64,000 nucleotides of DNA from Lingula anatina (Eukaryota > Animalia > Brachiopoda), in NCBI GenBank assembly GCA_051362555.1, contig CM120641.1, positions 36,338,401 to 36,402,400 of the forward strand. Direction: 5' to 3'. Shown one piece after another: positions 51,626 to 64,000 of the stretch. Position 1 is the stretch's first letter, and every line of letters starts with the position of its first letter. Below the pieces are notes generated by a model, which made no database searches, was not told the origin of the DNA, and saw nothing but the letters and a program-made list of their open reading frames with translations. The position numbers were made by a program, and so were the translations under genes.

Positions 51626-54600
51626 CTATCTTTGGTTTACTAAGGCCTCCTGAGGATTAGCAACTTGACAGTCTAATATTCTGGTAAGAGTATTTGGCCT
51701 GTCAAATCTGGGTAATGTAACCTGAAAAAATCGTATTTAAATTTAGTCTTTCCAATAGTAGTATGGCCATTTATATTTTAATTTAAAAAAAACAAAAAAA
51801 ACAATTGAGTCGAATATTGCTAAACTGATCAATACACATTTCTATGACACATGTTATGATATATCATGAACCAAACCTTAATATAAAGTTTGCACTTCTC
51901 AAGTAAAAACTTCCATTTGAGTTGAGTCTTCTTTTTATCATCATACTTCTGGAATTCATCTGCCTGTATAATTTTAAAGCAGATGGATAAAAAATTCTCT
52001 TTTTAACCCTTTGGTTTAATAAACTTACAGATAACATGAGCAATAAGAGCTTTATCAGTAAGAACATTGTACATATAACAGTTACAAGTAAGAATGAATG
52101 TATTAATGGGAATTTGTTTGATGCTGATAAGTAAGTTAAAAAGATTTTGCCATTTTGATGATGGCATGATTAGAGAAGGGAATACGTACTGTACATCCTA
52201 GCATTTTCTCAACAACGCTGCCATAAGCACGGCAGTAATGCATTGATCCAGTACAATCAGATAATGTTAAGCCCATATCAAACTGCATGTCATAGTCTGC
52301 TTCCATGGTGTCATCATTCAAGAATCCCAAGGGGCAGTTTTGATTGCTGCAACTCAATTTGTTCTTTTCCAGGCGCAATCTACACTTGGTACTGCATGGA
52401 TATAGGTTTAGAAAAAAGGAAAAGTTAATTTTGCATGATTTTTCATCACATGCAATAGAAATGTATTTATCAAAGTAACACAAAAAAATCTACATCAGCA
52501 CAGAGCACCTTTTAAATTGGTACATTTGACAACCTCCTGCTTTGAATATATATATAGGGCCAGATTATTTTGATTGTGCATGAAAAAGCATTTTATTCCA
52601 GCAAATTACATTCAATATTAACGTAGTGCTATTATTGATTAGTTTTAAATATCACAAATTTAAACACATTTTCCTTGGCCCACATTTGTCCTCTTCACAA
52701 ATTATCAGCCTAGGTGACAGTCAAATTAAATCAATCTCTTAAAAACTGCAAAGAATTTTGATGGTCTCTCATGAACATGAAAAAAATGGAAAATAAAAGG
52801 TAAATTGTTTCTGAAAAGACTAATTTTTTTTTTACCTCAGGTTGTGGAGTTCAAAATGATGAGACTAATATGTGATCAAGAACTTTTGATGAAGGGCCAA
52901 AACATCATAATTAACTCATAGATAAAAACATGCTTAGTCTCTTTGGAAACAATGTGCCTATTTCAATTGACAACTAATACCATCTTCTGGCTATGACTTT
53001 TTCTGTTTCTCCGTCAATATCAAAGTTAGTAACATATGCATAAGTAATCCCAAGATCTGTGCCTCCCTCATTTGTTGGTTCTACCTTTGCTTTTAGCTGC
53101 TCTAAGTTGTATACATTTGTTATGGTGTTGACTGAAAATGAAATGTTATCTTCATGTATTTATAAATAAGAAAAATAAATGTGTTGTTGTGTAACTTTAT
53201 ATCAAGAATGCATTTGGAAATTTATAACAACAGATGTTTGATTTTCAATCATTCATCTGACAAATATAGCAACTGCATAGTTACCCATTGCAGCAGTTGA
53301 ACAGAAAATCTGATTGTGTTTTAATGATCTCAAAGTGTCTCAGCTGAAGGAATTCTCTGGCAAGGGCAAAGGAATGACTATAATCATAACCTTAGTGTGT
53401 ATACTTATTACTTATCTTCATGAAAAATAAAATGACTTTTATTCAGTGGTAAACAAAATAAGCTTTTAGGAAAGAGCACAAAAACCCATTTTGTGATATT
53501 AATTCAAGTTTATAAACTTGTAACTACTAAACTTAGCATATCCTATACTCTCCAAATATATTGAAGCCATTAAGGTGTTTTGAAAAAGTATCAAAATATT
53601 AAATGAAGCATCTTTACTCTAGTCTCAACTTACGGTCTATTTCAGAATTTGCTACATCTAACATCTCTTTTAGATCATCTTCACTTGTATCAACTGACTG
53701 GGCAAATGTGTACAAACTGTGGGCTTCTCTTGTGTCTGCAACAAAACAGACACCATCACGATACAACAGGACTGTGCATATTACATACAATGCCCTGAGG
53801 TATAACTGAATTGTTTCTATCATTCTTGGTTAGGTTAAAAATCATATTAACCAAAACAGACTAATTATATACATATATGGCATGATTCCCATTAGAAGAA
53901 GATACATGTATGTAAAGATTACTCACCAGGATTTAATATGAATATGGTCTTTGAAGTTGCAGTGGCAACCATGCATTTCTTGTAATCATCATAACTAACT
54001 CTTGCATCTGCCACAAATATTACTAGGAAGAAAACACTAATAGACAGAGATGTTACATAAAAAAAAAGAAATATACAAACAACAACAACAAGAAAATGTC
54101 TACTTCAGCAGGTGTACATGAATGCTAGAATTATGGCCATTTAATCCACGTATTTCATTTGTATTTCTTTACCTGTCATTTACCAGGATGAAGCAGAAAC
54201 ATTTTAAGACATATATATTTGGCGAATTATTGACTTGAAGGGATAACAACTGTTCATTTTGTCCAAAAAATGGATTTTCCTGGGGTAATTTTTCCCATAC
54301 TTACCAATGGTTAATGAATCCATTCCCACATTCAAAGTTTTTTTTTTTCCTAAAAAGTTTGGTTTTCTGTAATATTCTCTTTTTACAGATTATTACAGAG
54401 TGTAGCCATCTGTGGAGGTCACGTGATCTGATGGCAAGCACAAATTCCAGAATAATTGCATTAACCACCGTTTTTGGTGGTAAAATGGAATTTACTATAT
54501 TCCTATGAGCTGTTTACAATGCATTTATTGTGAAATATGGATAACTTATGAGCAGTTGTAATCCCTTTAAAATATTCCATAAAATCTATTTTAGTTGCAT

Positions 54601-56890
54601 TGTGACTTTTTTTTCTATAACAATTCCCAATATCAAACTCACATTTTAGTGGTCCCCACATTTAATAAATTATTTTCAAAGGAGTAAAATACCTTGATCC
54701 TGTGTAGTCCAAGATTGTGCAAGGATTACCTGTTCATTACTCCATCTGGTAAAAAAAAATAACATAATGTAGTGTTTGCAATACCAATCCAAATTTTATG
54801 TACCTGTTACTTTAAAAGAAAAGGAAATCAGATAAATAATCTATGTTTTCAATAATAATCTAATCTAATCTCATATATTTGAGAGGGATTGTTTTAATTA
54901 TATACATCTAATTTACTTCATTTATTGACCAAAACCTACAGCAAATGCAAGCCCAGTACTTACAGTACTAGAGGAAAAGATAAACATGTCTCATCCAGAA
55001 GCTTCACTTCACATCTTTTCAGGTGTTTTTTATTTTTTGTTACAATATCTTTGGGTGACCCTACCTAAATATAATTAAATGGTAAAGTGATTATGCATTC
55101 TAATTCAATATATTTGTTCAATTAAAGTGATTAGTTTCATTGGTGCAGATAAAAAAATGTTAAGGATGCAAATGTGTTGTTGTAATTCTATTAATTTCTT
55201 ACCCATCTAACAACAGCAAGTAAATTCACTACAGCATTATGCAGATTCTGCCCATTGGCAATAATGTCTCCCAGTGTGTAAAAGTCATTGCTTGCTTTGA
55301 TAGGGATGCTTTGTAGTGAATAGTACTTATCTACAGACCAGCCTCCATATAATTTCACTGTAGAGTGGTTTTCACTAATATTAAGTTGATATAAGCTGAA
55401 ATTACAAAAACATGTTTAATTTTGAATAAATGACAAAATCATTATTAAGAGATTTAGTTCTAATGAATATTTTTTACTGGTTATAAATATGTCAAAATGT
55501 TAACTTATATGCAAATTCTTTGAAAAAAAGTGTTAATGAGGATATTTTTTGATCCTTCAAATTTATCTTAGTGTTTGATAACAAAAGTTTTACTGTACTC
55601 AGATACAAACAATTATACTTACCTTGGAGTCCAAGGTCTGAATCTCTCATCAGATCCATCTGAGGGTTTTGAAGCTATTTGTGCATTGCAAATCTCAACT
55701 ACGATCAAAAATATTTCTAACTTAAGGAATTGAGAAAAATGCCCTGAATACTCATACTTAAACATCATTACGTAATTACCAAATATGCAGTGATGTTCAC
55801 AGAAAATGTAATAATTGATTTTTGGAAAACGTAATTCTAATTTAATGAATGATTCTTGTCATGAAAATTTCTCTTCCAACTCCAACACCAACTTCAATTT
55901 AACAAAGATAGAGTGACAGTTTTAAATTTTTTAATCAAGTCAACATTTGTCACTTAACTGCCCTTACCAATATCTCCAATGTGAAACAATTCTGCCACTT
56001 GCTGAATATGCAATTCATTTCCCCAGCATGTTGCATTTATAAAGTCAACAGGCGAGTCTCTCAGGGTAAAGCTTACCAGGTAGAGCTCTGTACCTGGATC
56101 TAAAAATGTACATTATTTCTAAAATGAATAAAGCTTGCATAGTCCAAACCAGAGATGGCATTTTTCACAGATATGAAGACCCTTTACATACAATTTTCAA
56201 CCTAGGGTTACAACAATTTTTTTTTTCTACTGTACTGTAGTTTCAAGAGCACTAAAATCTTGGTCTAATAAAGAATATGTGAAAAAGCTAGTCTTAAACA
56301 TGTGTAAATCCATCTCTCATTCATAAAAATTGTAACAAAATGTTCTAACATTTAATTATGTAAATGGTGACAAAACACTTACTTTTTTTACTAGGGATGG
56401 CTCTTGGTTCCTCTTTTGCCAAAACCACACCTATGATTACCTGCACATAAAAATCTAGAATTAAGATACAAAGTTTCTTTTCCATTCATTGTTATCTTAT
56501 GATTTTGAAAATAAATTCAAACAACAATATAATGTCTTTAACAATTGTAATGTTTTTTGTTTTTGTTTTAATATTGCAAACTGCAATCTAGGGGTGTGAT
56601 ATGCCTATTTGACAAATATTTCAGAATGAGCAGTCAAGATATTTGTTACAACTATAGATTTCTAAATCATATTAAACCTAGAGTTACAAAAAAAAAAAAA
56701 AAAAAAAAAAAACATAATATCAATAAGTTCTTACAGTATTTTGCAATCCAGGTGCTAAGTTTTGGATTTCAGTTACTGTTCGAGTATTTTGCTGCACATT
56801 TTTTGCCATTACTTTACCAAGCTGTGGTTGTGCAGGAGATGGCCAGTTGTCATCAATGTTAAAATCATCAAAATTTGCCGACCATGCCAT
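51626..56890 (-). CDS. MEIOB: Meiosis-specific with OB domain-containing protein
   Basis: Coding exons 56735-56890, 56383-56440 (VIIGVVLAK), 55968-56099 (SFTLRDSPVDFINATCWGNE), 55623-55698, 55203-55395 (ISENHSTVK..FYTLGDIIANGQNL), 54964-55064 (RCEVKLLDET), 54693-54745, 53927-54022, 53634-53735, 52981-53131, 52190-52391 (CTKC..CSNQNC..LSDCTGS..MLGCT), 51877-51963 (LKWKFLLEK), 51626-51721. All GT-AG; 1503 nt in frame; motifs match recalled human MEIOB. Confidence 0.95.
54235..54570. mobile_element. TTAA-targeting MITE (Kolobok-like), copy 3, in a MEIOB intron
   Basis: TIR AGGGATAACAACTG / CAGTTGTAATCCCT, flanks TTGA/TTAA; internally colinear with copy 2. Confidence 0.85.
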
Positions 56891-56936
56891 GATGGAAATC
56901 CTGAATTCCGATTTTATTCAAACTAAGTCTACTGCA

Positions 56937-56937
<1 letters not shown>

Positions 56938-56979
<42 letters not shown>
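56938..56979. repeat. (ATT)n microsatellite
   Basis: Direct reading. Confidence 0.9.
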
Positions 56980-57299
56980 GTATATAAAATACAGTCAAAT
57001 ATTAAAGTAGTTTTATAACATTCAATGAGCTGTTATGTATAAAATACTCATCTTATTTTTTATTATGTTTTAACAGTGAAATCAGCCCCCCGAATAATAA
57101 TAATAATAATAATGATATATATAAAAATAAACAAATTGTGACTTCTGTCAGTTCTGGTACAAAAAAGAATAATATGTTAACTCATGACAGTTAAAATCAT
57201 TTAAATAAACATACGAGTCTCTCTAAAATGTTAGTTTTAAACTTTGTCTTTTATAAACGTAAATGGTAAAAAAAGGATATATACTACGCTCATTTTCAC

Positions 57300-57419
57300 T
57301 GACTTTGATCTATCTGCTGCTGTCAATGAGCGGTTTGTTTTGAGTCGTCTGCTAAACACGAGGACCGGAAGTTGACCTTTAATCAAAGTTGTGCGCATGT
57401 GCCTAGAGTTACGATAATT
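57300..57419. promoter_or_regulatory. Bidirectional promoter MEIOB / C17orf75
   Basis: Divergent start codons 530 bp apart; CpG-enriched; ETS/GABP motif ACCGGAAGT 57364-57372 and NRF1-like TGCGCATGTGC 57392-57402. Confidence 0.65.
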
Positions 57420-57838
57420 ATGGCTGAACTTCCGACAGCAGTAACTGACAACACACCACGCACATTTTATGCCCTTTATACTTATCATACCAACAGGTGA
57501 GTGCGATTGATTGCTGGATATGGAATGATATGTTGTATCACTCGCCCTGTGGGATTAAGCTACTCGCTGTCTGAACGCTGTTGTTGCAGTATTAATTTTG
57601 GACCAACCACTTGCTATTTTCGGTTGTTGTCGTTACAACTTATTTTTGAGTATCAAAATAAATGTTTTACCATGTACAGCAAATTAACAAACCAGTGCCA
57701 TTGCCTCTTACCCACGCCTCTTCCTTTCAATGGGTAGGAAGACTTTACCAGGTTGTCTTCATAATTTAACGTTGATATCAAAGACGTACACATGTACAGG
57801 TACTGCAGTACTACATGTAGTACTAGTACGTGTACTAA

Positions 57839-57905
<67 letters not shown>

Positions 57906-60900
57906 AACTACTATAGTAATAAAGGTTTAATGTAAAAAAAATTAGAGCCCATTCCCAAACTATCATTCTACATAAAAGGGACTCTCGTTGAATGCAATCA
58001 GATTGACATGCCTATTCTTGTTTCCAATGTAGTTGTACCCTCCAGTTTTTCTGTACTGAGTATGCTACTCAATCCCAGGAGCAGTAATGAGATTTTTTAT
58101 CCAACTATGGGCTGATTTCCAACTCTTTGGGAGCCACAGAGATCGATAATAAGATGGATGCAGAGCCCCCCCCCCCCCCCATGCCATAAATGGCAATGCT
58201 CATCCCTGCAAGAGGAAGCATGTAAATCTGATTGCATTCAGCAAGAGTCTTTACGGAATTGGATTGATCTAAAGATAGTTTCATTGGAAGTGGGCCTTTA
58301 CATAGAAGTGCTTGCTTAAAATTATTCAAGTTAAACAGTCAACATTTGGTTATTGAAATGCATAACAAAAATGCCATCATAAGCTTAAAGTGATTTGCGA
58401 GAGTCAGGATTTGAAAGCTTTATTGAAATTCTAAACTCTTATTAAAAATTTTGGGTAAGTGAAGGAATCTTGATTAAAAAAGACTTTGAACATGATACAG
58501 GACAGTTGATCACTACAAATAATTTATTTATCTCAAATTTGTGATTTTATTTCAGGCTCAATTCTGTCACAGAACGACAAAGCAATTCAGTTTCAGATTT
58601 TCTACAGAAAGAGGCGAAAGTAAATGAGGATTTCAGGTATATAACACAAGGTTTTCCATTATATTTTATTTGTTATTTGGTTTTTGTTTCAGATAATTTA
58701 TCTTTCAAAGACAGTTATCTAAGATGACAACGCATGCAGAATAATTTTTACAAAGCTAAATCTTATGAATCAAAATTTAATTGAATACTCAATATATATA
58801 TATATAGGTACTAGTACTTATATTAATATTATTACTATAGTACATTGTAGTATAAACCTGGTATTACAATTCCAGCTTATCAGTCATATCATGTAGCCTG
58901 GACACAGAGAAGGAAACTGATTTAAGAAAATTCATAGCTAAGAAGCTTGCACGTGGCACAGTGTACAGTGGTAGCGGAAATGTTACTGCAGTAGATTTTC
59001 CGTAAGTCTACTCTGGCTGAGGCTGAGATATCTTTTCTATAGTCATCATTCATATTCTTTCATTTAATGATTTTTTTTAATGTTTTGTTCCTTTATCTTA
59101 AGTGGCTACTTTTAAAGTTATAAAAGGTGTAAGTCTCACATGGAGCTTCTTATGGAAGAGTGAATGTTAAGATATTCAGGACAAAAAAAATTAATTTGAC
59201 TTACAAACTACACTGTACATGTTGGCAAATATATTACCATGTGACATTTATGATATTACTGAAATTTAAATTGGATGTCATGAAACTATATAATATTTAT
59301 TATATAAACCAGGTCTTTCACTTGCTATTATAGGTTGATAGAAGATAACAGTACCCCACTTGAGTGCTATTATTGCCTGATACGCCAAGGAGTCGATTTG
59401 GAGACAGTTGACCAAACACCCCCAGAGGAGGGATTCTATTGTAGAGAATGTGTGGTTTGCTTTATTTCTCCTGCTGATGGAAGCTTGGATTTATATCTTT
59501 TATCTGTTGAGACTTAATGATTTTTTACAAGAAGGAGAATGACAGGAATGTTTTGAAAAAAAGCCAAAATTCTAGCTGTAAAATACTATGTAAATTAATT
59601 AAACCAAAAGGTGCCAAAATGAACAGTCTTTAATGGCAGATCTGAGAAATATGCTTGTACTGTAGTTCACTGCATAAGGTATCAGAAAAAGATTTTCATA
59701 TGGATTTAAGATGAGTTGTTGCATTCCATATGTATCTTTTGTTTTTCACTGAGAAAGTAATGCAAACTTAAAATTTTCACGTGGACTTAAAGTTTGTGAT
59801 TTCAGTATTTCTGTTTTATTAGCCTTAACTATGTTAACATTTAGACCAGAGTTGGACAAGTTCAGTGATTCTCTTTTACCATTGCTTGAAGAGCAGGTGG
59901 GTTCTATTATCCTTTATAATAGTTGTTTTTATCTGATTCTCCTGTTTATCACTTTTTGTATACAATCAAAATGATAAATGTAGACTTAATTTTGTGGAGT
60001 AAGTGATGAATTATCATTTTAGTGCACACTCACACATTTTTATCATAATACTATCCTTTTGTGCTAACTGTGACCAACTTGCCTTTAAACTCTTTGCTGT
60101 TTTTTTTTTTTCTTTACATAGCATCGTCTGGAATTTGAAAATAAGATTGACAAGGTGATAGCTTGAATACTAACATGCAAATTTTCATTTTGCAATAACA
60201 TTTTCATTTTATAGTAACATATAACATTTCTTAGAAAAACAAACTAATAACATTGACTGACTTTCATCTTTATAAGTAATATCCTAGTATGTGACTTCCA
60301 CTTACTGTGCATGATCTGTATGTTAATCTACATTTGTGGGTTTGGTGTGTATTTGTGAATTATATATTGTCAATTGATGTGTAGAATGTCTCTGTGCTTG
60401 GTAAATGCACATACTTTCTTTCCCTTAAACGTATGTATTTTTATTTCATTCCTCTCTCATACCTAATTGCATTTTATGTAACTTCACCTGTAGCCTTTTC
60501 ATAAACAGAAACCGAGTTGTGAATAGTCCCTCCTCTTGTTTTATGTCTTGGTGTGTGATAACTATCACTTTTAGCCTACGCATGTCTACAGTATGACTTA
60601 CTTTGTTATAGTTTATTTTATGAGTTTTCATCTGGAATATAGGGGTTATTAGGTGTCTAAAACCTAACCTTAAAGTATTGGGACTCTGCTCTGTTTATTG
60701 TATAAAATTTGTAGTATTCTGGGTTTTGGCTTTTCCCCAAAAGGTAACTAAAAAAAAAAAAGAATGTAGATGAAGACTGTAATATGTATTTCTAAAAAAT
60801 CAATTTCGTGAAGTGTATTTTGTAAATAGAGCCAATAATTCATTTCGACTAAAGTAGATTTTTTAAAAATACTTTTAGTATGTTATGCTCATTATAGGTA

Positions 60901-62769
60901 GAAAAACAAACAGTTGAACAATAATCTATCACTTTTTGTCCGCTTAAAATCTCCTTTGTTCTGAATGTTTCAGCTGACAGATGTAAACCAGCAATTGTCA
61001 AAATATTTAGAGACTTGGCAAGATACTGCAATAAACTATGTGTGCAGATGTGTACAATGTTTGGGACAAGATATTCAATATTTAATCTATGCAGTGAGTA
61101 TTGTTGAATTGATTATGTTAATTTTTAATGTAAAATACCAAACTATCTCTCCACCAATAAAAAAAATCATATATTTCAATTCCATGAGGTGCATGCAGTG
61201 GCCTACCAGTACTTCAAGTTTTGTACAATTTTAATCAGAAAACAATGGTTTAAATATTTGATCTTATTTGCATGCAGGCATGTGGTTCTTTCATAATTGT
61301 TCATATTGCTTTTAAGATCCAATTACATTTGGCCTTTTTTTCAGGCACTTATGAATAATGTAGTGGAATTTCAGGGAGACCAGGAACCACTCAAAACAGA
61401 CCTGAAAAAGTAAACAGTCAATTTTTTTATGTTAAGAGTGATATCTCCAAAGGGGAAGTATAGGTCTCTGCAACAGTCTACATGGTACTGCGCAGAAACC
61501 CTATGTAATGGCTACACAATAATCTTTGTTGTCTCCAATATAAATTGTGCACTACTCAGGAAAGTGTCTATAATCTGATTGTCTGAGAACACAATGTTTA
61601 ACTATTTTCAGTGTAAAGGAGTCAAGAAAAAATGCACCCCGAGATCAGTATTTGTTCATTTTGTTTATTATGTTCGCTTCGCTAGGTTTATTGAAAGCTG
61701 CAGCCTCTCTGATCTTCTCAGTAGCTCCGGTGGAGATGGCAAAGGCTCCGACTCTGGTTCTAACCAGTCTGCAGTATTGGTTGATATCATCCCAGGAGGA
61801 CAGTGGCTCCCCCAGGTGCTCACTGTCACTGTACAGAATGATGCTTGTGAAATACAGACCAAAAGTAAGTCCTCAAAATGAGTTTTTAAAAGATTTTAAT
61901 TTGGGGATTTTGAGAAGTAATGACAAAATACAGTTGTTAATATGTCTTCATATTTTTTTAAATTTAAATGAATGGAGCATAAAGTACAATACATATATTA
62001 TTATTTAGATACAGTTTATTTATTTTTTTATGTTATATTGAACTTTCAGCCAGTACAAAATTTTGTGAAGAATGGGCAAAGACCCTGACTAATGGAGAGC
62101 AGAAAAGTGCTGTTTTTCTTAAACATGTGATGGATAGCTTTAAACTTAAGGTAAATCATATATGTACTTCTACGTTGGTATGACATTTGTGTTGATTTGA
62201 CGTTTTGGAATTGGAAATAATTACCTCCGCCAAGGAGGTTGTTTTTAACCCGTTTGTTTGTTTGTCTGTCTGTCATCAACATAACTCAAAAAGTTATGGA
62301 CCGATTTTGTTGATATTTTCAGGAACTGTCAGAAGTGGGCTAAGGAACAGATGATTAGTTTTTGGTGGTGATCCAGATCAAAAATCAATCAATAATCAAA
62401 AATATCGAAAATTTAAGCTGAAACAGCATTGGATGGAGACTTTGCTGCCTTGGTGGAGGTCTGCACTCTCTGAGTGCTTTTCTAGTTAATGTTCTGTTTT
62501 GCATTACTTTCTTACAACTTCATATATTAACTGAATAATCTAATGTACTAATACTCTACCCCAGGCTATCCAAGACATGAATTCATTGAAGAGGTTAATT
62601 CAGCAGGCTGAAAATGATCACTATGCCCTGTATAGGTAAGATTCTTTTATTTTTTCTATTTGATTCTTTTCATTTTCAGTAAAAGTTTCTTTCCCCCCAT
62701 ATTACACTATCATTACACTATCATCATGCATTTCCTTGTTTGCATTCCCATGGTATTTAAAGCTTCTCA

Positions 62770-62804
<35 letters not shown>

Positions 62805-62988
62805 ATGTTTTGATTTTCTCTTTTACAGAGCCTATGTGTTCTTAAAGAACTGTGGCAATGGCAGGATCCTCCTGCACCATGCCAGTGTTGAGGACCACAC
62901 AGTCACCTCCCCAGAGACCAGGGATGTCCTGGTTGCACTGCAGGAATTTATCAGTGAATCTGGAGGACTGGAACTGCTACAGACTTGA
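57420..62988 (+). CDS. C17orf75: Protein Njmu-R1 homolog (WDR11-complex subunit)
   Basis: Exons 57420-57496 (FYALYTYHTNR), 58556-58636, 58876-59001 (LRKFIAKKLARG), 59334-59492 (CYYCL..CVVCFIS), 59839-59896 (FRPELDKF), 60122-60154, 60974-61093, 61345-61409, 61686-61864, 62050-62150 (KFCEEW..FKLK), 62565-62635 (AIQDMNSLKRLIQQAENDHYALY), 62829-62988 (YVFLKNCGNGRILL). 1230 nt in frame; motifs match recalled human Njmu-R1. Confidence 0.93.
57844..57898. repeat. (TA)n microsatellite
   Basis: Direct reading. Confidence 0.95.
59493..59838 (+). other. U12-type AT-AC intron in C17orf75
   Basis: 5' end ATATCTTTT, branch site CCTTAAC at 59823-59829, 3' AC at 59837-59838; splicing restores LDL-FRPELDK in frame. 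Confidence 0.9.
62221..62487 (+). mobile_element. Helentron-associated non-autonomous element (HINE/DINE-1-like)
   Basis: Subterminal inverted repeats ACCTCCGCCAAGG / CCTTGGTGGAGGT, (GTTT/GTCT)n microsatellite, 3' hairpin GCACTC-tct-GAGTGC, CTAG-TT end. Confidence 0.8.
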
Positions 62989-64000
62989 AACAGTGCACTG
63001 AACTGTTCTTTGGTGAAATGTTTGGAATATTTGATCGCAATAATTGATCTTAGGGTGTTCTTAAGTTCATCTATTTGATGTGAAAGCAGCAGAATTTGTT
63101 AAATGTGAAATTGCAAACAAGGGAGAGGAACATATTTCTCTTAAAAAATATTGGGCAGCTTGGGTTGCTAATTCTTGACATTCCTTGAGTAAGGATCAAT
63201 AACAATAACATTCCAGCTACTTTGACTTTGTTCAAAGAAAAGAAAAAGAACACCAGTTTTGTCACAGATATGTGTTGGTATAAATGAACATTGTTCATTT
63301 AAATTGTACTATTTATTAAAAATTTCCCCAGTTGCTGAACGCAGGCAATGCTGAAGTTTCAGAAGTTCAAGGAATGCATTTTCAGTCCTTTTGGTACTAG
63401 TCAGTAGTGGTTTTCAAGTTTTGATTTCAAATAATATAAAACCTGTGTCACTATGTTTGGTGCTTGTGGGATATATCTTTTTTTTTTTTTTGACACTGGT
63501 CGATGATGTTTAGTTTCAAGCAGCCAAACTTGTTCACACAACTTTATACGTACTTATTCAGGTGAAATTTTGTTCAGTGCTGTAATTACTGTTGTGCTAT
63601 ATAATATCCAATTATTTATGAAGTCGGATCAATTCCAGTTATGGCTGCCTGAAGTAAAAGTATAGATGGACAATACAGTTATCAACATTTCATCAATTAA
63701 TGTGTGAAAAGTACTGCATAAGCTACAAAGCTAATTTCAGATTTAAAAAATTTTTTTTGCAATTTCGATTGCTAGAATTGAAAGAAAAAATTACCAAAGC
63801 ACTTGGTACATGGGTGTTCATTAATATCAAGAAATGCAAGTGGATTTAGTTAAAAACTTTATTAGCCATTTGTTCACATCACTAAAAACAATTTGATATC
63901 ATAATTCATTAAGATGTGCATGTCAGTAAATGTTTTTGTCATCCGTTTCTAATGAAATGAACAAATTTACCAATTAAGTTGTACAGCTACATTCAAAAGC

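Noticed and set aside
55159-55166. TCCTTAAC U12-like branch sequence in a MEIOB intron
   Set aside because: That intron has a U2 gtaaga donor and the motif is about 95 nt from the acceptor.
57268-57282. Minus-strand ATATCCTTT, a perfect U12 5' splice site in the MEIOB 5' region
   Set aside because: No matching CCTTAAC branch plus AC found before the first coding exon; unsupported without transcripts.

Overview
Eukaryotic, AT-rich, intron-rich animal genomic DNA, probably an invertebrate: CaMKII has the ASVVHRQET regulatory segment rather than the vertebrate MM pair. Most ORF-track entries are spurious. Manual exon assembly gives three complete genes. (1) CaMKII, minus strand, 51104..12567, 478 aa without optional linker exons. 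(2) MEIOB, minus strand, 56890..51626, 500 aa, ending about 520 bp upstream of the CaMKII ATG. (3) A C17orf75/Njmu-R1 homolog, plus strand, 57420..62988, 409 aa, head-to-head with MEIOB and containing an AT-AC minor-spliceosome intron. The most striking structure is a combinatorial exon system inside the single CaMKII gene. It has a duplicated catalytic-loop exon (6a/6b) and a near-identical duplicated exon (9a/9b) split by a 64-nt intron. It also has two paralogous 121-nt terminal hub exons, several frame-preserving linker mini/microexons, and short and long 3'UTR poly(A) sites with a CPE beside the distal one. Positions ~1.1-9.5 kb and several introns carry MITEs, Helentron-like elements and tRNA-like remnants. 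All calls are by eye; no searches or expression data were available.
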